40,859 nucleotides of DNA. Source: Acidobacteriota bacterium (lineage in GTDB: Bacteria; Acidobacteriota; Thermoanaerobaculia; Multivoradales; J023). The stretch covers positions 1 through 40,859 of the forward strand of contig JBCCLG010000002.1 in assembly GCA_039027015.1 (NCBI GenBank). The letters are read 5' to 3'. The position numbers and the translations under genes were made by a program. Every line of letters starts with the position of its first letter. The stretch's first letter is position 1. Below, piece after piece: positions 39,235 through 40,859 of this stretch. The notes below the pieces were generated by a model, which worked only from the letters and a program-made list of their open reading frames with translations, was not told the origin of the DNA and did not search any database.

Positions 39235-40859
39235 CTATTCGCGGGCCGAGCCTGAGACCTCAGGGTCTCCCGCGCTCTCCTGGTCCTGCAGCAGGAGGGT
39301 CTCGAGCAGCTGGATCTTCTCGCGGGCGCGGCTCAGGTATTTCGCCCGGTCGTGGCGCATGGCGGCCAGCTCGCGCAGAGTCTCCTCGTCATGCTGCTGG
39401 AAGAGCTCCGCGGAACGCGCCGCCTGGGCCGGGGTGCGCCCGAGCTTTTGCAGAACGTCGGCGCCCACTTTGAGCGCCGTGCCCTGGGTCTCGCGGTAGA
39501 CGCTGCTGAGGCCGGAATCGAGCATTTCGTAGGCGTCGGCGCGGTCGCGAGAGCGAATCAGAATTTCGAGATGCGGGTAGTGGGTTCGCACCACCCGCGA
39601 CAGCTCGAGGTTCTTCTCGGGCGTGTCGAGCGCCAGCACGATCAGCTGGGCCTCCTCGGCGCCGGCGGCGTGCAGCAGGTCAGGCCGCATGGCGTCGCCG
39701 TAAAACACCTCGAGACCCAGCTTACGCAGCAGATCGACGCGGTCTGAGTTGAAGTCGAGCACCGTGGCGCCCACTCCGCTGGCGCGCAGCAGGCGGCCGA
39801 CGGTGCTCCCGAAGCGGCCGAAACCCGCGACGATCACCGGATTGGCGGCGCCGGCGATGAGGTCGGACTCGCGCTCGCTCCGCTCGTGGGTGCCGATTCG
39901 CGGCAGCAGCGCCTTCTCGACGATCACCAGCAGGATCGGCGTCATCGCCATCGACAGCGCCACCGCCGCGATCACCGGGCCCGTGACCTCCGGCCCCATG
40001 ATGCCGTGCTGGGCCGCGAAGGAGACCAGCACAAAGGCAAACTCGCCACCCTGGGCAAGCACGAAAGTGAAGAGCAGACGCTGATCGAGGCCCATGCGAA
40101 AGGCGCCGCCGAGGCCGAAAAGAACCACCCACTTGATCGCCACCAGGAGCACCACCAGCGCGGCGATCAGGCCCTTCTGCTCGCCCACCAGCGCAAAATC
40201 GATCGAGGCGCCCACCGCGATGAAGAAAAGCCCGAGCAGAAGACCCTTGAAGGGCTGAATCTCGATCTCAAGCTCGTGCCGATATTGGCTGTTGGCGAGC
40301 AGCACGCCGGCCAGGAAGGTGCCGAGGGCGGGCGAGAGGCCCACCTGGGTCATCAGCAGCGCGATGCCGATCACCATCAGCAGGGTGGCGGCGGTGAACA
40401 GCTCGCGCAGCCGAGTGCGCGCGATATAGCTGAAGACCGGCCGGGTCAGGTAGCGGCCGACCAGCACCACCAGGGCCACCGCCCCCAAGACCACCGCCGG
40501 CTCGGCCCAGGGAGGCACCAGATCCACTAGGGTTTTGCCGTACTCGCCGCCGGCCCCCGCGCCCGTGGCCCGCAGAGAGTCGGCGGTGGCGAGAAGGGGT
40601 ATGAAGGCCAGCAGCGGGATCACCGCGATGTCCTGGAAGAGCAGCACCGAAAACGCGCTCTGGCCGGCATCGGTTTTGATCCAGCCCTTCTCCGTCAGCG
40701 TCTGGAGCACCATGGCGGTGGACGAGAGGGCGAGGATGAAGCCGAGCGCCACCGCCACCCGCCACGGCTGCCCGAAGGCCAGAGTCACGCCGCCGATGGC
40801 CGCGGCGCTGATCAGCACCTGCAGTCCGCCCAGCCCCAAAATCGGACCGCGCATGCGCC
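39235..40859 (-). CDS. Glutathione-regulated K+-efflux-type CPA2 antiporter (KefB/KefC-like), N-terminus beyond the window
   Basis: LALSSTAMVLQTL, SAFSVLLFQDIAVIPLL and a canonical TrkA-N Rossmann motif (VIVAGFGRFGSTVGRLL). Aligned by eye to E. coli KefC, about 90 N-terminal residues are missing, so the CDS runs off the right edge. Confidence 0.9.
   Translation of the reverse strand, partial: RMRGPILGLGGLQVLISAAAIGGVTLAFGQPWRVAVALGFILALSSTAMVLQTLTEKGWIKTDAGQSAFSVLLFQDIAVIPLLAFIPLLATADSLRATGAGAGGEYGKTLVDLVPPWAEPAVVLGAVALVVLVGRYLTRPVFSYIARTRLRELFTAATLLMVIGIALLMTQVGLSPALGTFLAGVLLANSQYRHELEIEIQPFKGLLLGLFFIAVGASIDFALVGEQKGLIAALVVLLVAIKWVVLFGLGGAFRMGLDQRLLFTFVLAQGGEFAFVLVSFAAQHGIMGPEVTGPVIAAVALSMAMTPILLVIVEKALLPRIGTHERSERESDLIAGAANPVIVAGFGRFGSTVGRLLRASGVGATVLDFNSDRVDLLRKLGLEVFYGDAMRPDLLHAAGAEEAQLIVLALDTPEKNLELSRVVRTHYPHLEILIRSRDRADAYEMLDSGLSSVYRETQGTALKVGADVLQKLGRTPAQAARSAELFQQHDEETLRELAAMRHDRAKYLSRAREKIQLLETLLLQDQESAGDPEVSGSARE

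Overview
High-GC (roughly 65-70% by eye, not computed) chromosomal segment from a Gram-negative bacterium. Diderm markers are BamA, an Oar-like TonB-dependent receptor and an LpxL-family acyltransferase. The flavour is Myxococcota, Gemmatimonadota or Acidobacteriota-like, but taxonomy cannot be settled from sequence alone. Most very long ORFs in the six-frame track are GC-driven antisense shadows. I accept about 36 CDS.

Layout, left to right:
- 1-3124: a visibly lower-GC island of four back-to-back two-gene toxin-antitoxin-like modules, all on the minus strand. They are ParE plus antitoxin, two nucleotidyltransferase-fold proteins each with a small partner, and VapBC.
- 3234-6698: housekeeping genes (MBL hydrolase, bactofilin, upp, argG).
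- 7836-11195: a minus-strand lipid cassette of SDR, KAS, ACP and LpxL-like acyltransferase. The KAS carries Pro at the first catalytic His.
- 11275-16513: a translationally coupled three-gene signalling operon. It encodes a REC-Grx-like-TrxR-like flavoprotein without CxxC, a Kef/CPA2-RCK antiporter fused to a UBP-type zinc finger, and a cNMP-domain histidine kinase. This is my best candidate for an undescribed system.
- 17604-23029: a tyrosinase, HEAT-repeat protein and HEAT/SCO-like operon. It is divergent from a His-rich ZIP-like permease that has a Fur-family-like box directly upstream.
- 23309-24016: yceH.
- 24172-30022: a coupled operon of three secreted amidohydrolase paralogs, of which only the middle one keeps HxH, plus a secreted DJ-1/PfpI protein.
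- 30023-30813: a roughly 790-bp ORF-poor gap containing a 527-bp imperfect palindrome and a 21-nt direct repeat.
- 30814-40859: prfA, an orphan HK-like protein, bamA, the Oar-like TBDR, and a second KefB/C-type antiporter truncated by the window end.

No rRNA, tRNA, CRISPR array or intact transposase was recognised. All domain calls come from motif recognition by eye. No searches were run.
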